The translations under genes and the position numbers were made by a program. A stretch of 64,000 nt of DNA, from contig OY970223.1 in NCBI GenBank assembly GCA_963714015.1, positions 2,720,001 through 2,784,000 of the forward strand, in the 5' to 3' direction. This document shows, piece after piece, positions 1 through 10,779 of this stretch (its first letter is position 1; every line of letters begins with the position of its first letter). The DNA is from Vulcanimicrobiota bacterium. Its GTDB lineage: Bacteria > Vulcanimicrobiota > Vulcanimicrobiia > Vulcanimicrobiales > Vulcanimicrobiaceae. The notes under the pieces are model-generated. The model was given only the letters and a program-made list of their open reading frames with translations. It had not been told where the DNA came from and did not search any database.

Positions 1-146
1 TTCCCTTGCAGTGCGGAACTAGAAATAAAGTCAATGCGCACGTCTCCGTTCAAACGAAGCAGGCGCGCGAGCGAAGACTGAGCCGCGGTCATGCGCCGCC
101 TTTCGCCGCGAGGTCCGCCGCCTACTACACCGAAAGCCTGCCCGCA

Positions 147-2638
147 ATGCTGCGCGGGATGCTCCTGCGGCTCTGCGCCGCACTTTTCGCCGTGTCGGCC
201 CTTTTGCGGCCGGCGCCGGCTTCTGCGGCTCCGCCGTTTTTCGTTTACGGCGCAACGTTCTTTTACGAACGGATCCCCGCTTCGCAATGGGTAAACGCGC
301 TCGCGCGCTACAAGCGGCTGGGCATAAACACGATCGACTTGTACGTCATGTGGAATTGGCACGAGCCGCGTGAGAACGATTTCGATTTCAGCGGTCGCTC
401 GAATCCGCGGCGAAATCTCGTTGCGCTGCTGGGCATGATTCATGCAGACGGCTTTCACGTCGTGCTTCGGCCGGGGCCCGTGATACGCAACGAATGGCGC
501 AACGGCGGCTATCCCGCTTGGCTTCTCGAGCGTCCCGAATACCAAATGCCGCTGCGCGACGTGCTCGAGGGACGGTATCCCGCGACCGCAACTCTGCAAA
601 ACACGCATTCCGACGCTGCGGCGCGCGAATGGCTGAATAATCCGGTGCACCTGCGTTACGCCGCCCGCTGGTTGCATCACGTGCTGAGCGTCGCCGCGCC
701 GTGGAAAAGCGATATCGTCGCAGTCGCTCTTGACGACGATCAAGGCGCATACTTGGACAACGACACGTGGCCCGGTCCCCATTTTCACCGCTACATCGAC
801 GTTCTTGCCCGCATGGTGCACCGCGATCTCGGTCACGCAATGCCGGTATTCATCAACACGTACCAAATGAAGGTTACGGCCTCCGCGCCGGTCTGGGCGT
901 GGGGGAACTGGTACCAAAGCGACGCCTACAGCATCGGCGAACACGACCGGGCGCAGCTCGAGTTTACGGCAGGCCTTTTACAGACGCAGACGCCGCGCCG
1001 GCCAATCATGTTCAGCGAGTTTCAAGCGGGATGGCTGCAGAATGCGGATCAGCCCTTTCCGCCGCCCGCGGATCCCGCGAACACCACGTTGGCCCTGCAC
1101 ACGTTGCTGCAGATGGGCGCGCACGGCGTCGTAAATTTTCCGGTACAGGATACGCTGAATCCCGCCGGATGGGAGGCGCCGTGGACCAACGCCTTTTACT
1201 CCTGGGACGCAGCCTATTCGGTCGACCTTTCACCGCAGGCGCGTTTTTCACCAACGGCGCAATTTGGCCGGCTGATGCAGACGTACGGCGAGCGCATCGT
1301 GCAGACGCAGCCGGTTGCGGACGCAGCCGTTGCGTACTTGACCAGCGCCTATGACCCGTCCGAGCTTACGAACGACCAAATCGCCGCCGTCGCGAATGCT
1401 ACGATCTCGGCACAGCGCGGCTGCCGGATCATGCGCATTACCTGCGCGATTATCGATCTGCGATACATTTCGCCGCGGGATCTCGATGCTTATCGCACGA
1501 TTATCGTACCGCGCACAAACGTGACCCTGCCCTACGTCGCCGCGGTTGTTGAAAAGATGCGCGAGTATCGTGCCGGAGGCGGCCGAGTTGTGCTCGAGCG
1601 CCCGAGACGCGCGTATAGCCCGTCCGGCTGCCGGAGGCATTCCGGGCGCGACGCTCCTGCTCGACCGGAGGCACCGCTTCGGATTTCTGGACATCGTCAA
1701 TTACGCCCGAACGCCGCTTCGAACGCAGCCCGCGCGCGTTGGGACCGCGGAGTTTTCATACGACGTTCCGGCACAAACCGTGCCTGCTCGCGACGCGCTG
1801 CTGATCCCGCTAAACGTTCGGTCGTATCCCGCCGCGGCTTTGCCGGCCCAGGCGCCCGGCTCTGCAAAGGGCCAACGTTTGCCGCTGCGTTCCGGCAGTT
1901 GGATTTCGGCGCAACTTCGGCCCGTGCCGCCGAACACTGCGATTGTTTACCGGCAGGACGTGTATCAGGACGGCTATCCGGCGATCGTAATGGAGAACGC
2001 GCTGGTGCGCCTTATCATCTCGCCTTGCGCCGGCGCTCGAGCATTCATCTTTGAAGACAAGTCCACGAGTCGCAATCTCTTCACGACGATCGGCGGGCTG
2101 CGCGATGCCTGGGCTGCACCGTTATCCCCTTCGAGTCGCGATTACATCGCGAAGTACACGCATCCGATTGCAACGGGCACGTTCAACCGCTGTTATGCGG
2201 TACAAATTCGCAACGAGGATCGGTCGGCCGCGGCGTTTTTTCGATACAAGGTTCCCGAACTGCCGGCAACCCGATTCTCGCGATCGATCGCTAATGCATG
2301 CGGCTGAATCGGGCTTCGTCGAGCAGACGTTCGGGACGGGACCGGGCGGCGCACAACAGCTGACGTCATTTGCCGTCGGCCCGCACACTCAAATTCTGTC
2401 GCTCCCGAACGCCGTCGGATTCTACGATAAAGACGGTCGGCGCCTCACGATGATCGCTTGGGATCGCCAACTCGTAAAGTCGCACATTATACAGCGTCAC
2501 GATCGCGACGCGCTCCTGACCCTCACGCTTGCGCGGGACGTTTGCGAAATCAGTTATGGGACCGCCGCTGCTTCCTCAGCCGCATCCGCGCAGGCGGTCC
2601 TGCGGACCTTCGCGAATCGGCGCCCTTCGACGCCCTAG
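147..2638 (+). CDS. Secreted GH35-type beta-galactosidase, frameshifted twice (~1600, ~2280)
   Basis: Signal peptide; GINTIDLYVMWNWHEP and VVLRPGPVIRNEWRNGGYPAWL GH35 motifs; SEFQAGW nucleophile; continues in ORFs 1546..2307 and 2051..2638. Confidence 0.8.
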
Positions 2639-2719
2639 GGGGAGTGGCGGAACGGTAGACGCAGCCGCCTCAAAAGCGGCCGGGCACAACCCGTGTGGGT
2701 TCAAATCCCACCTTCCCCA
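2638..2719 (+). tRNA. tRNA-Leu(CAA)
   Basis: Acceptor GGGGGAG/CTTCCCC, anticodon arm GCCGC-CTCAAAA-GCGGC, long variable arm, GGTTCAAATCC T-arm. Confidence 0.95.
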
Positions 2720-2907
2720 GGACGATCCTTTGCACGGCGCGCCCGTTGAAGCAAACTTCGGTAAGAGCCGGCATCTTCATTACAAAAGCAAGCGAGGCGA
2801 TCGCTCGCCGGCTAAACGCTCCTTCGACCCATCGTATAGGATGACAGGCCGATCTCCGTGTGGTAGCGTCGCATCAGCTCGCACCGCCACTATAAAGGGG
2901 AGGACCT

Positions 2908-4062
2908 ATGTATTACGTGCGCGCTCCAGCGCTGCTTGCAGTGCTGGGGTTAATCATTTTGGCCGCGGGCTGCGGCGGCACCGGTGGCTTGCCGAGCGAC
3001 ATAGAACAGACCCAACATACGCTCCAAGAAATGCGCCAACCTACGAAGTCGCCGGCGCCCTTGCAGATCTTCAATCCTTACGACCTCTCCATTCTCCAGG
3101 ACACCAGCAACTCCACGTCGGGTGTCTTCCTCGGCGCCGATTGCGGTGCGGGTGCGACCATCACGTGCGCCGATTTTGCCGAGACCATGCGGCACCGCGT
3201 CTCGATGGGCACCGTTTATTCGACCTGGGACCAAGATATCGACACCGTGATCGCCCGAGACGGTTTAGCTGCAATGGAGGCTCAAGATACGATTCCGGAC
3301 ATAACATGGCAAGCCAGCTCGAACAAAGCGACGATCACGCTGGCCCAGATTGCTTCGGGGAAGTATGACTCGTATATCACCGATTCAGCGCAAGAGCTTG
3401 CGAGCTTCGGTCAACCCATCTTTATTCGCCTCTTCCATGAATTCAATACGAAGCGGTACAATTGGGGCCTATACCGGAACGGCGCCGACAGGCAGGCGGA
3501 TGCGGACTTCGTCGCCGCGTGGCAGCATATTGTTGCCATCTTCCGTCGACAACATGCGAACAACGTCAAGTTCATTTGGTGCTTCAATAGCGGAACGAGC
3601 CCGGTTGCACCCTGGAACGAGCCTGCGGCCGCGTATCCCGGCGATGCGTACGTCGACTGGCTTGCATTCGACGGATACAACATGGGTAACGACTACAACG
3701 GCCACAAGTGGTTCAGCTTCACGTTCATGGCGGGCGGCGCGTACCATAACGCGATCGCTGCCTCGCAAAACAAACCCGTGATGATCGTCGAGACGGCGTC
3801 GAACGAATACGGCGACGGCGGAGCGATGAAAGCGGCGTGGGTGGATGCTATGTTCGCAACCCTGCAATCGACGCACGACCCCTACCCGCATTTGCGCGCG
3901 CTCTCATGGTACGAGTCCGATTCGCCGGGGTACCTCTACGATTCAAAGAGCACGCCGCCGTCGTACCGCGCGTTCACGCTCGATATTCGCATCTACCAGC
4001 CGGATGGAATACTTCACTTCCGCAGCAACGGCAGCGCACTCTTTACGATCACCACGCCGTAA
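2908..4062 (+). CDS. GH26 glycoside hydrolase (mannanase-like) lipoprotein
   Basis: Lipobox AAGC; IRLFHEFN, YPGDAYVDWLAFDGYN, KPVMIVETA motifs; GGAGG RBS. Confidence 0.85.
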   Translation: MYYVRAPALLAVLGLIILAAGCGGTGGLPSDIEQTQHTLQEMRQPTKSPAPLQIFNPYDLSILQDTSNSTSGVFLGADCGAGATITCADFAETMRHRVSMGTVYSTWDQDIDTVIARDGLAAMEAQDTIPDITWQASSNKATITLAQIASGKYDSYITDSAQELASFGQPIFIRLFHEFNTKRYNWGLYRNGADRQADADFVAAWQHIVAIFRRQHANNVKFIWCFNSGTSPVAPWNEPAAAYPGDAYVDWLAFDGYNMGNDYNGHKWFSFTFMAGGAYHNAIAASQNKPVMIVETASNEYGDGGAMKAAWVDAMFATLQSTHDPYPHLRALSWYESDSPGYLYDSKSTPPSYRAFTLDIRIYQPDGILHFRSNGSALFTITTP

Positions 4063-4063
4063 T

Positions 4064-4168
4064 TCAAGTCGATGGTTCGATAGCGACCGTTCTGGAGGAG
4101 CGTATGGCGAACACTGCTGAAATACCGAACAGCAGCACGGCGAATGCAACTCGAAGTATTCCGTTCAT
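4064..4168 (-). CDS. Putative 34-aa single-TM small protein
   Basis: MNGILRVAFAVLLFGISAVFAIRSSRTVAIEPST*, AGGTG upstream; below ORF-track cutoff. Confidence 0.4.
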   Translation of the reverse strand: MNGILRVAFAVLLFGISAVFAIRSSRTVAIEPST

Positions 4169-4290
4169 GCACCTATCTCGCTATTGGCTTACGAGCTCGA
4201 ATCCGGAAGCTGCACTCATAGTACTTCTAGGCCGGCCGCCATTTAGCGAGTCCGGCAAGATTTACACCCGGCCCGGGACAATTTCACGGG

Positions 4291-4987
4291 GTGACCGCCA
4301 TCGAGGAGTCCCTAAAGCAAAGCCCGCTGCTTTCAGGCATTCGGCCGGATACGATTGAAAAGCTCGCGGCGAGCGCTTCCGAATTCTCGGCATCCAAGGG
4401 TCAGACGCTGTACCGCCCGGATGAGAGCTGGCCATACTTAGGCCTGCTGCTTGACGGGACGCTCGGCATGTTTGCCGAGGGCGGGGAACGCGACTACTTG
4501 TACGAGGAGATCCTGCCCGGCGAGTTCTTCGGCGTCTCCGGAATGTTCGATGCACGCGATGCGATGGCACGCATGGTGGTGCTCTCCCGCAAAGCGTCGT
4601 ATGCGGCCGTCGAAAGCACCGTCAGCTCGGAAGCTTTGCGACGAAGATGCCACGCTGGCGGTCGTTCTCGCCGGCGTGCTGGCCAGGCGCGTTCGCGGAC
4701 TTACATCACTGCTCGCCTTTCAGGTGAATCTGCCTACCATGACACGGATGGCCCGCTACCTGCTCCAGCACTGTGGCGATTCGGCGGGCCTGGCGCCCAG
4801 CACGGGAACGCTTCCGCTGATGACGCAAGCGCAGATCGCCGCGGCTGCTGGAACGACGAAAGAGGTGGCCGCGCGTCTAATTCGTACGCTTGAAGAAGCG
4901 AACGCGCTACGCCGCGAGCGCGGACATATTCGTTATTTGGATAGGGACCGCATCGCGGTCTTCGCCGGCTCCAACGGCCGAGGATAA
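4291..4987 (+). CDS. Crp/Fnr family transcriptional regulator, frameshifted ~4620
   Basis: cNMP-binding domain (LPGEFFG) in ORF 4291; HTH MTQAQIAAAAGTTKEVAARLI in ORF 4451..4987. Confidence 0.85.
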
Positions 4988-6241
4988 TGGCTTCAGCTCC
5001 GGCCAGCATCACCTTTACTTCGGGAGCGCTGCGCGGGCGCATATCGGTTCCCGGTGACAAATCGATCTCTCACCGAGCGTTGATACTCGCGGCGAAGAGC
5101 CCGGATCCCATTGCCGTTCGCAACCTGAATCCCGGGCGCGACGTGCGAGCGACCGCCAACGCGATCGAAGCGGTCGGCGGAAATGCGATCGATTTCCGCG
5201 ATCCCGCCATGACGATCGACTGCATGAACTCCGGCTCCACGGCCCGCATGATAATGGGCGTATGCGCCGGCGCAAACGTTCGCGCCGAGTTCGACGGCGA
5301 CGAATCACTGCGGCGGCGTCCCATGGAACCGGTCGCAGCACAGACTGCGCGCGTTCGGAGCCCGGATCCACACGAGCGATGGATCGTTGCCGGCGACCGT
5401 CCAGGGAACGTCTCAGCCGCAGACCCGTCGATTCATTCTGCTCACTCCTTCGGCCCAAATCAAGAGCGCGCTGCTCTTGGCCGGAGTCTTCGCCGGCGTC
5501 CCGGTCGAGACACTGGGCGACAAAGGCTCGCGCGACCATACCGAGCGGCTCTTGAAGTATTTCGGCGCGGATATCTCGTTCGACGGATCCCGCGTCGAAC
5601 TGCGTTCGATGCCGAGCGCCTTTCGCGACGTCGACGTCGCCGGCGACTTCTCGGCGGCCGCATTCTTCATCGTTGCCGCCACGGTTGCGCCGCAGAGCTC
5701 GATCGTCATCCAAGACGTTGGGATCAATCCGGGGCGAACGGGACTGCTCGATGCACTGCTCGAGATGGGTGCCGATATCCGGCTCGAGAACGAACGCGAG
5801 CGCTGTGGTGAACCGGTTGCCGACATCGCCGTTTCTTCGTCGCGCCTTCAGGGCATCGCCGTGAACAGCGACGTCGCGCTGCGGGCGATCGACGAGATTC
5901 CCGTACTCGCCGTTGCGGCGGCATTTGCACGAGGCGAGACGCGCATCACCGGGATACGCGACCTGCGCACCAAAGAGTCGGACCGGATCGCGGCGGTCGA
6001 ACGGCTTCTGACGGCTGCGGGGATCGAGGTTGAAACGCCGCCGAACGGCATTGCAATCCACGGTGGGACTCCCCGATGCGAAGGCGCAATGGTGGAGACT
6101 CATGGAGATCATCGAACGGCAATGGCTGCGGCAGCGCTTGCCGCGGGCGCCGGGACGCTCGCAATCGACGACGAAAGCAGCATCGACGTGAGCTTTCCCC
6201 GTTTTGTCGAGATCATCCGCGAGGCCCAGCAGCGTGGATGA
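4987..6241 (+). CDS. aroA: EPSP synthase, frameshifted ~5345
   Basis: PGDKSISHRA, NSGSTAR, LRRRPM, SAQIKSA, RDHTER, DLRTKESDRI, HGDHRTAM. Confidence 0.95.
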
Positions 6242-7436
6242 CGCTCCGCGGTACTCGGCCGACGAGTTCGAGCGCGAATCCCGCTACATCGAAAACTTGA
6301 TCTGGGACGCGCTGGTCATCGAGGCCGGACAGCGAGTGCTGTTTTGCGGATACGGCGAGGATGCGCGATGGATCGAACGAGCGATGGAAGCCGGCGCGGA
6401 CGTTACGGTGATCGAGCACCGCGAAACCATCATTCGTAAGTTCGCAAGCGTGGGCGCTCGGGTGCTGCAAGGCAGCACGTCGCTGATTCCGGCGCAATCC
6501 GACGCGTTCGACGTCGCCGTTGCCTTTCATTATCTGCACGAGGCCGATCCGTTCTTTCACGCACAGATCGTCTCCGAACTCGCGCGCGTAGTTAAGCGCG
6601 TGGAAATCGTCGAACCCGGTCCGCCGGCGGATGCGCTCGGCAAACGCATCGCGCGCTTGTATTCACAGGCCAAACGTGAACTTGGGCAGTTCGAATACTA
6701 TCAGCCGCTGGAGTACTGGCGCAAACTGCTGCAGGCGGTAAAAGCCGACGTGTCTCAGCACGTTTTCGCGTTCGCTAAGATTCCGCCGCGCGAGTATTTG
6801 CGCGATACGATCGAGCTGCTGCTGGATACCATGGAGGTCGAAGACGCGCCTAAGGAGGAGCTGGAAGAGCTGCGCACCATTGCGAGGCGATCGGATACGT
6901 TGATGCTGCCGCCCTCGCGCTACGTCTTGAGCGGTGCGGCCGCCGGAGACTTGCCGCAGCCGATATTCACGCCCCGGCAAGAGCCGACACCGACGCCCGC
7001 TCTAGCGAAAGCCGCGCAGAGCCGCGTAGCCGTGCCTGAACCGCCCCGGAAAATCAGCGCGCAAGCCGGCTATGAATTTCCGCCGCTGACCCCTGCGCCG
7101 CAGATGACTCCGCATCCCGCTCCGCAACCGGGACCGGCTCCCGGGCCGCCGCAGCCGCCGCCTAAGCCGCCCGCGCCGTCGCAACCCCGCGGAACACCGC
7201 CGGGGCCGGCCCCTCAGCCGCCGCCCGCGCCGGCGATGCCGTTCGGTGCGCCGTTCGCGGTGCCGCCGGGCGATGTGACGGGGCAACCGCCGCCGTTCGG
7301 TGTTCCGCCCATGCCGGGCGCGAGCGTTCCGCCGATGCCTGGTTTGCCGGGCGCTCCGGGCGGGCCGCCTACTCCGGGCGCTCCGCCGGGCTGGCAATGG
7401 GAACCACCGGAAGAACCGCCCAAGCCGGGCGGCTAG
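6234..7436 (+). CDS. Class I SAM-methyltransferase-like protein with long Pro-rich tail
   Basis: GQRVLFCGYG and FDVAVAFHYLHE motifs; C-terminal ~150 aa P/G/A-rich. Confidence 0.6.
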   Translation: MDDAPRYSADEFERESRYIENLIWDALVIEAGQRVLFCGYGEDARWIERAMEAGADVTVIEHRETIIRKFASVGARVLQGSTSLIPAQSDAFDVAVAFHYLHEADPFFHAQIVSELARVVKRVEIVEPGPPADALGKRIARLYSQAKRELGQFEYYQPLEYWRKLLQAVKADVSQHVFAFAKIPPREYLRDTIELLLDTMEVEDAPKEELEELRTIARRSDTLMLPPSRYVLSGAAAGDLPQPIFTPRQEPTPTPALAKAAQSRVAVPEPPRKISAQAGYEFPPLTPAPQMTPHPAPQPGPAPGPPQPPPKPPAPSQPRGTPPGPAPQPPPAPAMPFGAPFAVPPGDVTGQPPPFGVPPMPGASVPPMPGLPGAPGGPPTPGAPPGWQWEPPEEPPKPGG

Positions 7437-7768
7437 CGCAGTTCCGAAAAAAGGGCGCGAAGCTGCGCGCCTACCGCAGCCAACGCTTCCCGCGCCTCAG
7501 CGAGCTGCAGGATCTGCAAGCTCGTTCGAATTGAATCGCTCGCACCTCGGGCACGAGCCTCGAGAGCGGAAACTGCAGTGGACATCCGCCTGAGCCGCTC
7601 CATCTGGAGCGTTAACGATTGCAGGGACACGAACAGCCTGCTGCGCCGGATATCGTCTAAACGCGCTGCCGTTCGGCGGGCCGCCAGGGCGGCGCGAACC
7701 GTCGATATCAGCACGAGAAGAACGCCGGAGGCGCACAGGCCGACCAGCAGCCACGCCCAGAGGCTCAT
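7433..7768 (-). CDS. Hypothetical membrane-anchored helical protein
   Basis: N-terminal TM segment, directly downstream of the FmdB-family gene. Confidence 0.6.
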   Translation of the reverse strand: MSLWAWLLVGLCASGVLLVLISTVRAALAARRTAARLDDIRRSRLFVSLQSLTLQMERLRRMSTAVSALEARARGASDSIRTSLQILQLAEAREALAAVGAQLRALFSELR

Positions 7769-7777
7769 AGCCCGGAA

Positions 7778-8107
7778 CTAGGCCGCCGACTCCTTGGAAG
7801 AACTGCCTGAAGAACCGTCCGAGGAACCGCCGGAAGAACCACCCGAGGAACTGGAAGAACTGCCCGAGGTGCCGGAGGAACCGCTTGAGGAGCCGGCAGA
7901 GCCGCTCTCGGACGCAGGCGGCGATTCTTTCTTGCGCGAGTCGGTCACGTAGAATCCGGATCCCTTAAACACGATCGGCGCCGGATTGAAGACGCGTTGC
8001 AGCGAGCCCCCGCATTCCGAGCACGGCTGCGCGTAAGCGTCGTCAAATCCATGACGGACTTCAGTGATGCGCTGGCAGTTCGAGCATTGATAGTCGTACA
8101 AGGGCAT
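7778..8107 (-). CDS. FmdB-family zinc-ribbon protein with Ser/Gly tail
   Basis: MPLYDYQCSNC...CSECGG...FKGSGFYVTD. Confidence 0.9.
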   Translation of the reverse strand: MPLYDYQCSNCQRITEVRHGFDDAYAQPCSECGGSLQRVFNPAPIVFKGSGFYVTDSRKKESPPASESGSAGSSSGSSGTSGSSSSSSGGSSGGSSDGSSGSSSKESAA

Positions 8108-8169
8108 ATCGTTTGAAGTATACCCGTCCCTAGCAGTCCTGGTCAATGACTGCTAGCAGTTCGAGGCCG

Positions 8170-8679
8170 TCAAAAATCCGCGAGCAGCTCGTCCTTGGCT
8201 TCGGCGTTGTATTCCGCCAGGTGTTTGAATTGCACGAGCGACTCTTCGAGCTGGGTTGAGAGTTTGCGCCCGGCGCTGATACCGTCGTAGAGCAGCGCGA
8301 TTTTGCCGCCGTACGCCGGATATTCCATCCGAGCGTGCACTTTGCAACGCGTGGTCTTGCGTTCGATCCGGAAATCCAGGCGCCGGCGAATCGAATAGGC
8401 GCCGACCAGCGAGAGCTGATGGTTCGTGATCAGGTGATCCACTTCAAAGAGCTGTTCGACGTCGCCGGGAACGGCGGACCGGATGAGGATCTCGCTGCCG
8501 AGGTTGAGCGGGACCGAAGCGCCGGTGAGCGTGGCGCTGCGCACGAAACAAAGCCACAGCGGCCACTTCTCCACGGTGCAAAGAAGCGAGAAAGCGGTTT
8601 CGGCGGTTGTCTGAACGTCGACCGCTGCGCTCAGACTGCGAGTGCCCGGGCGCGGAACGGCATCGCGCAAAATGGCCAT
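8170..8679 (-). CDS. SRPBCC (START-like) family protein
   Basis: AFSLLCTVEKWPLW N-terminal pattern and C-terminal amphipathic helix (LEESLVQFKHLAE). Confidence 0.7.
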   Translation of the reverse strand: MAILRDAVPRPGTRSLSAAVDVQTTAETAFSLLCTVEKWPLWLCFVRSATLTGASVPLNLGSEILIRSAVPGDVEQLFEVDHLITNHQLSLVGAYSIRRRLDFRIERKTTRCKVHARMEYPAYGGKIALLYDGISAGRKLSTQLEESLVQFKHLAEYNAEAKDELLADF

Positions 8680-8695
8680 TGACCGCGCTTCGACA

Positions 8696-8742
8696 CCACT
8701 ACATATTGTGCCTTTTCGCCGCTTGTCCACAACGCGTTGTTA
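8696..8742. promoter_or_regulatory. Tandem NrdR-box-like sites
   Basis: CCACTACATATTGTGC (13/16 to acaCwAtATaTwGtgt) and a weaker CCACAACGCGTTGTTA 31 bp away. Confidence 0.55.
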
Positions 8743-8743
8743 G

Positions 8744-9937
8744 TTATGCACCACTTATTCGAAGGTCACAGGCTCCACTGCCGACGCCCACGGCAAAGGC
8801 GACGAGGGTCTGAACGCCGGTTGCAAGCGCGGCCTCGTCGATCCGGAACTGGGCGCTGTGCCCGGAATGGGTCGATCCCGCCGCCTCGCTGCGAACGCCC
8901 AAACGGACTTGCACCGCGGGCACGCTCTGCGCAAAATAGGCGAAGTCCTCGGCTCCCATCGTCGGTGCCGGCCGTTCGACGCGCACGTTCGGCTGCCGCA
9001 TCATATAGCGCGCGAAATTCTCGGCGAGCATTTCGTGGTTGACGACGGGCGGATATCCATACACCACTTGCAATTCGGCACGAACGCCGTACGCCGATGC
9101 GACGCCCTCCAAAATGCGGCGGGCGCGCGGCCCCAGTTCGCTCCGAATTTGCGGATCGTGCGCGCGAAACGTGCCGCTCATTTTTACTTCGTCGGCGATT
9201 ACGTTATTGCGGTATCCGCCGTTGATCGTTCCGATCGTGACGACGACGCTCTTGAGGGGATCTGTTTCGCGCGCGGCGATGTTTTGCAACGCCAAGATCA
9301 TTGCCGCCGTCGCCGGAATGGTGTCGCCGGCCGTGTGCGGATACGCGCCATGTCCACCGCGGCCTTGCACCGTAATGTAGATCTCGTCGGCCGAAGCGTT
9401 CACCGGCCCGGGCGTAATGCCGATCTCACCGGGCGCCAAGCGAACGTCGACGTGCAGCATAGCGGTCGCCTCGACTTTGGGATCTTCGAGCACGCCTTGC
9501 GCGATCATCGGCTCCGCGCCGCCCGGGCCTTCCTCCGCCGGCTGAAAAATCAGCACGACGGACCCGTGCAAATTCTCGCGCATCGCTTGCAGTACGTGAG
9601 CTGCTCCGAGCAGCATGGCGGTATGCGCGTCGTGTCCGCAGGCGTGCATCTTTCCCGGCACTTCGGAGGAGAAAGGCTCGCCGGACTTCTCGGTAATGGG
9701 CAGCGCATCCATGTCGGCGCGCAGCGCAGTCACGCGTCCGGGTTTGGCGCCGCGGATCACGCCGGCAACGCCGGTTTTCGCTAAGCGACGATGCGTGATG
9801 CCCAAAGCGTCGAGCTCGCGCTCGATCAACGTTTGGGTGCGAGTCTCCTCGAAGCCGAGTTCGGGATGGCGGTGGATCTCGCGGCGGAGTTCCACCACCC
9901 GCTCCGTTACCTCGGCGGCCGGAACGGCTACAGTCAT
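8744..9937 (-). CDS. M20D amidohydrolase
   Basis: HRHPELGFEE, LRADMDALP, MHACGHDAH, FQPAEEG, MGAEDF. Confidence 0.95.
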   Translation of the reverse strand: MTVAVPAAEVTERVVELRREIHRHPELGFEETRTQTLIERELDALGITHRRLAKTGVAGVIRGAKPGRVTALRADMDALPITEKSGEPFSSEVPGKMHACGHDAHTAMLLGAAHVLQAMRENLHGSVVLIFQPAEEGPGGAEPMIAQGVLEDPKVEATAMLHVDVRLAPGEIGITPGPVNASADEIYITVQGRGGHGAYPHTAGDTIPATAAMILALQNIAARETDPLKSVVVTIGTINGGYRNNVIADEVKMSGTFRAHDPQIRSELGPRARRILEGVASAYGVRAELQVVYGYPPVVNHEMLAENFARYMMRQPNVRVERPAPTMGAEDFAYFAQSVPAVQVRLGVRSEAAGSTHSGHSAQFRIDEAALATGVQTLVAFAVGVGSGACDLRISGA

Positions 9938-9992
9938 GTCCGCGCAGTTGGCAGGCCGGTAAACCGGGCCCTGCGTGCGAAGGAATGACGCG

Positions 9993-10730
9993 ATGCTTCC
10001 TCCCGACGTCGCCTTGGTACAGCTCATCAACCGAACCGCGTCGGCGTTTGCCCAGAACCCGCCCGCCTATATTACGTACACCGAGCACACGCACATCAGT
10101 TCGCCGACCCTCAACCGGACGCAAGACATCGACCGTTCGGTAGAAGTGCGGCAAGCCGACAATTATGCGGTCATGCAGGATTTGCCGCGCGGTGCCGTAC
10201 GCGTCGGTCAGGCATTTCCCATCATTCCGTATTTCGATCCGCTCGGGCAGCAATTCTCGTTCAGCTGGTTTGCGAATCTGAAGAACGTGCAGATCACGCT
10301 GGAGCGTAAACCCGTCGGAGAGTGGCCGATTCCAACACCGGCTCCCAACGTCAACGTATTTTTTCCGTACGCCAGCTTCTGGGATCCGGCCTATTTCCCC
10401 GACTCTACCGATTCGGCTCCCCACCTGCGCATCACGCCCACAAAGGCGTACGGGGCCGGTTTGTACATCTCCGAAGTGCAGGTCGATTCGCAGTCGCAGC
10501 TGCCTTCGCGGATCGTGATGCGCAGCACGACCGATGCCGAACAGATGGAACTGGACTACAAGGTTCTGGAAGACCATTGGGTGATAACGCAAGCCACCTA
10601 CACCGCGCCGCAGCATTTCGGCCCGATGTCTTTCACGATCGTTACGACCACAACGTACGGCGACATCGCCTTTCCCACAACCGCGCCCGATCCGCGACTT
10701 GCCGGAACGCCCGCGCCTACGCCGACCTAA
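9993..10730 (+). CDS. Hypothetical protein
   Basis: Clean ORF with AAGGA RBS; beta-rich; start uncertain. Confidence 0.7.
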   Translation: MLPPDVALVQLINRTASAFAQNPPAYITYTEHTHISSPTLNRTQDIDRSVEVRQADNYAVMQDLPRGAVRVGQAFPIIPYFDPLGQQFSFSWFANLKNVQITLERKPVGEWPIPTPAPNVNVFFPYASFWDPAYFPDSTDSAPHLRITPTKAYGAGLYISEVQVDSQSQLPSRIVMRSTTDAEQMELDYKVLEDHWVITQATYTAPQHFGPMSFTIVTTTTYGDIAFPTTAPDPRLAGTPAPTPT

Positions 10731-10779
10731 CCCAAAAACAACCTCTGCGCACCACGCAGTGCGCTACAGCGTCGAACGG

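Noticed and set aside
1..92. Partial minus-strand ORF MTAAQSSLARLLRLNG...
   Set aside because: Truncated by the window edge and has no motif to support it
2720..2907. c-di-GMP-I riboswitch upstream of GH26 (GCAAAC)
   Set aside because: The rest of the consensus (GNRA-capped stem and GCAAAG segment) is missing
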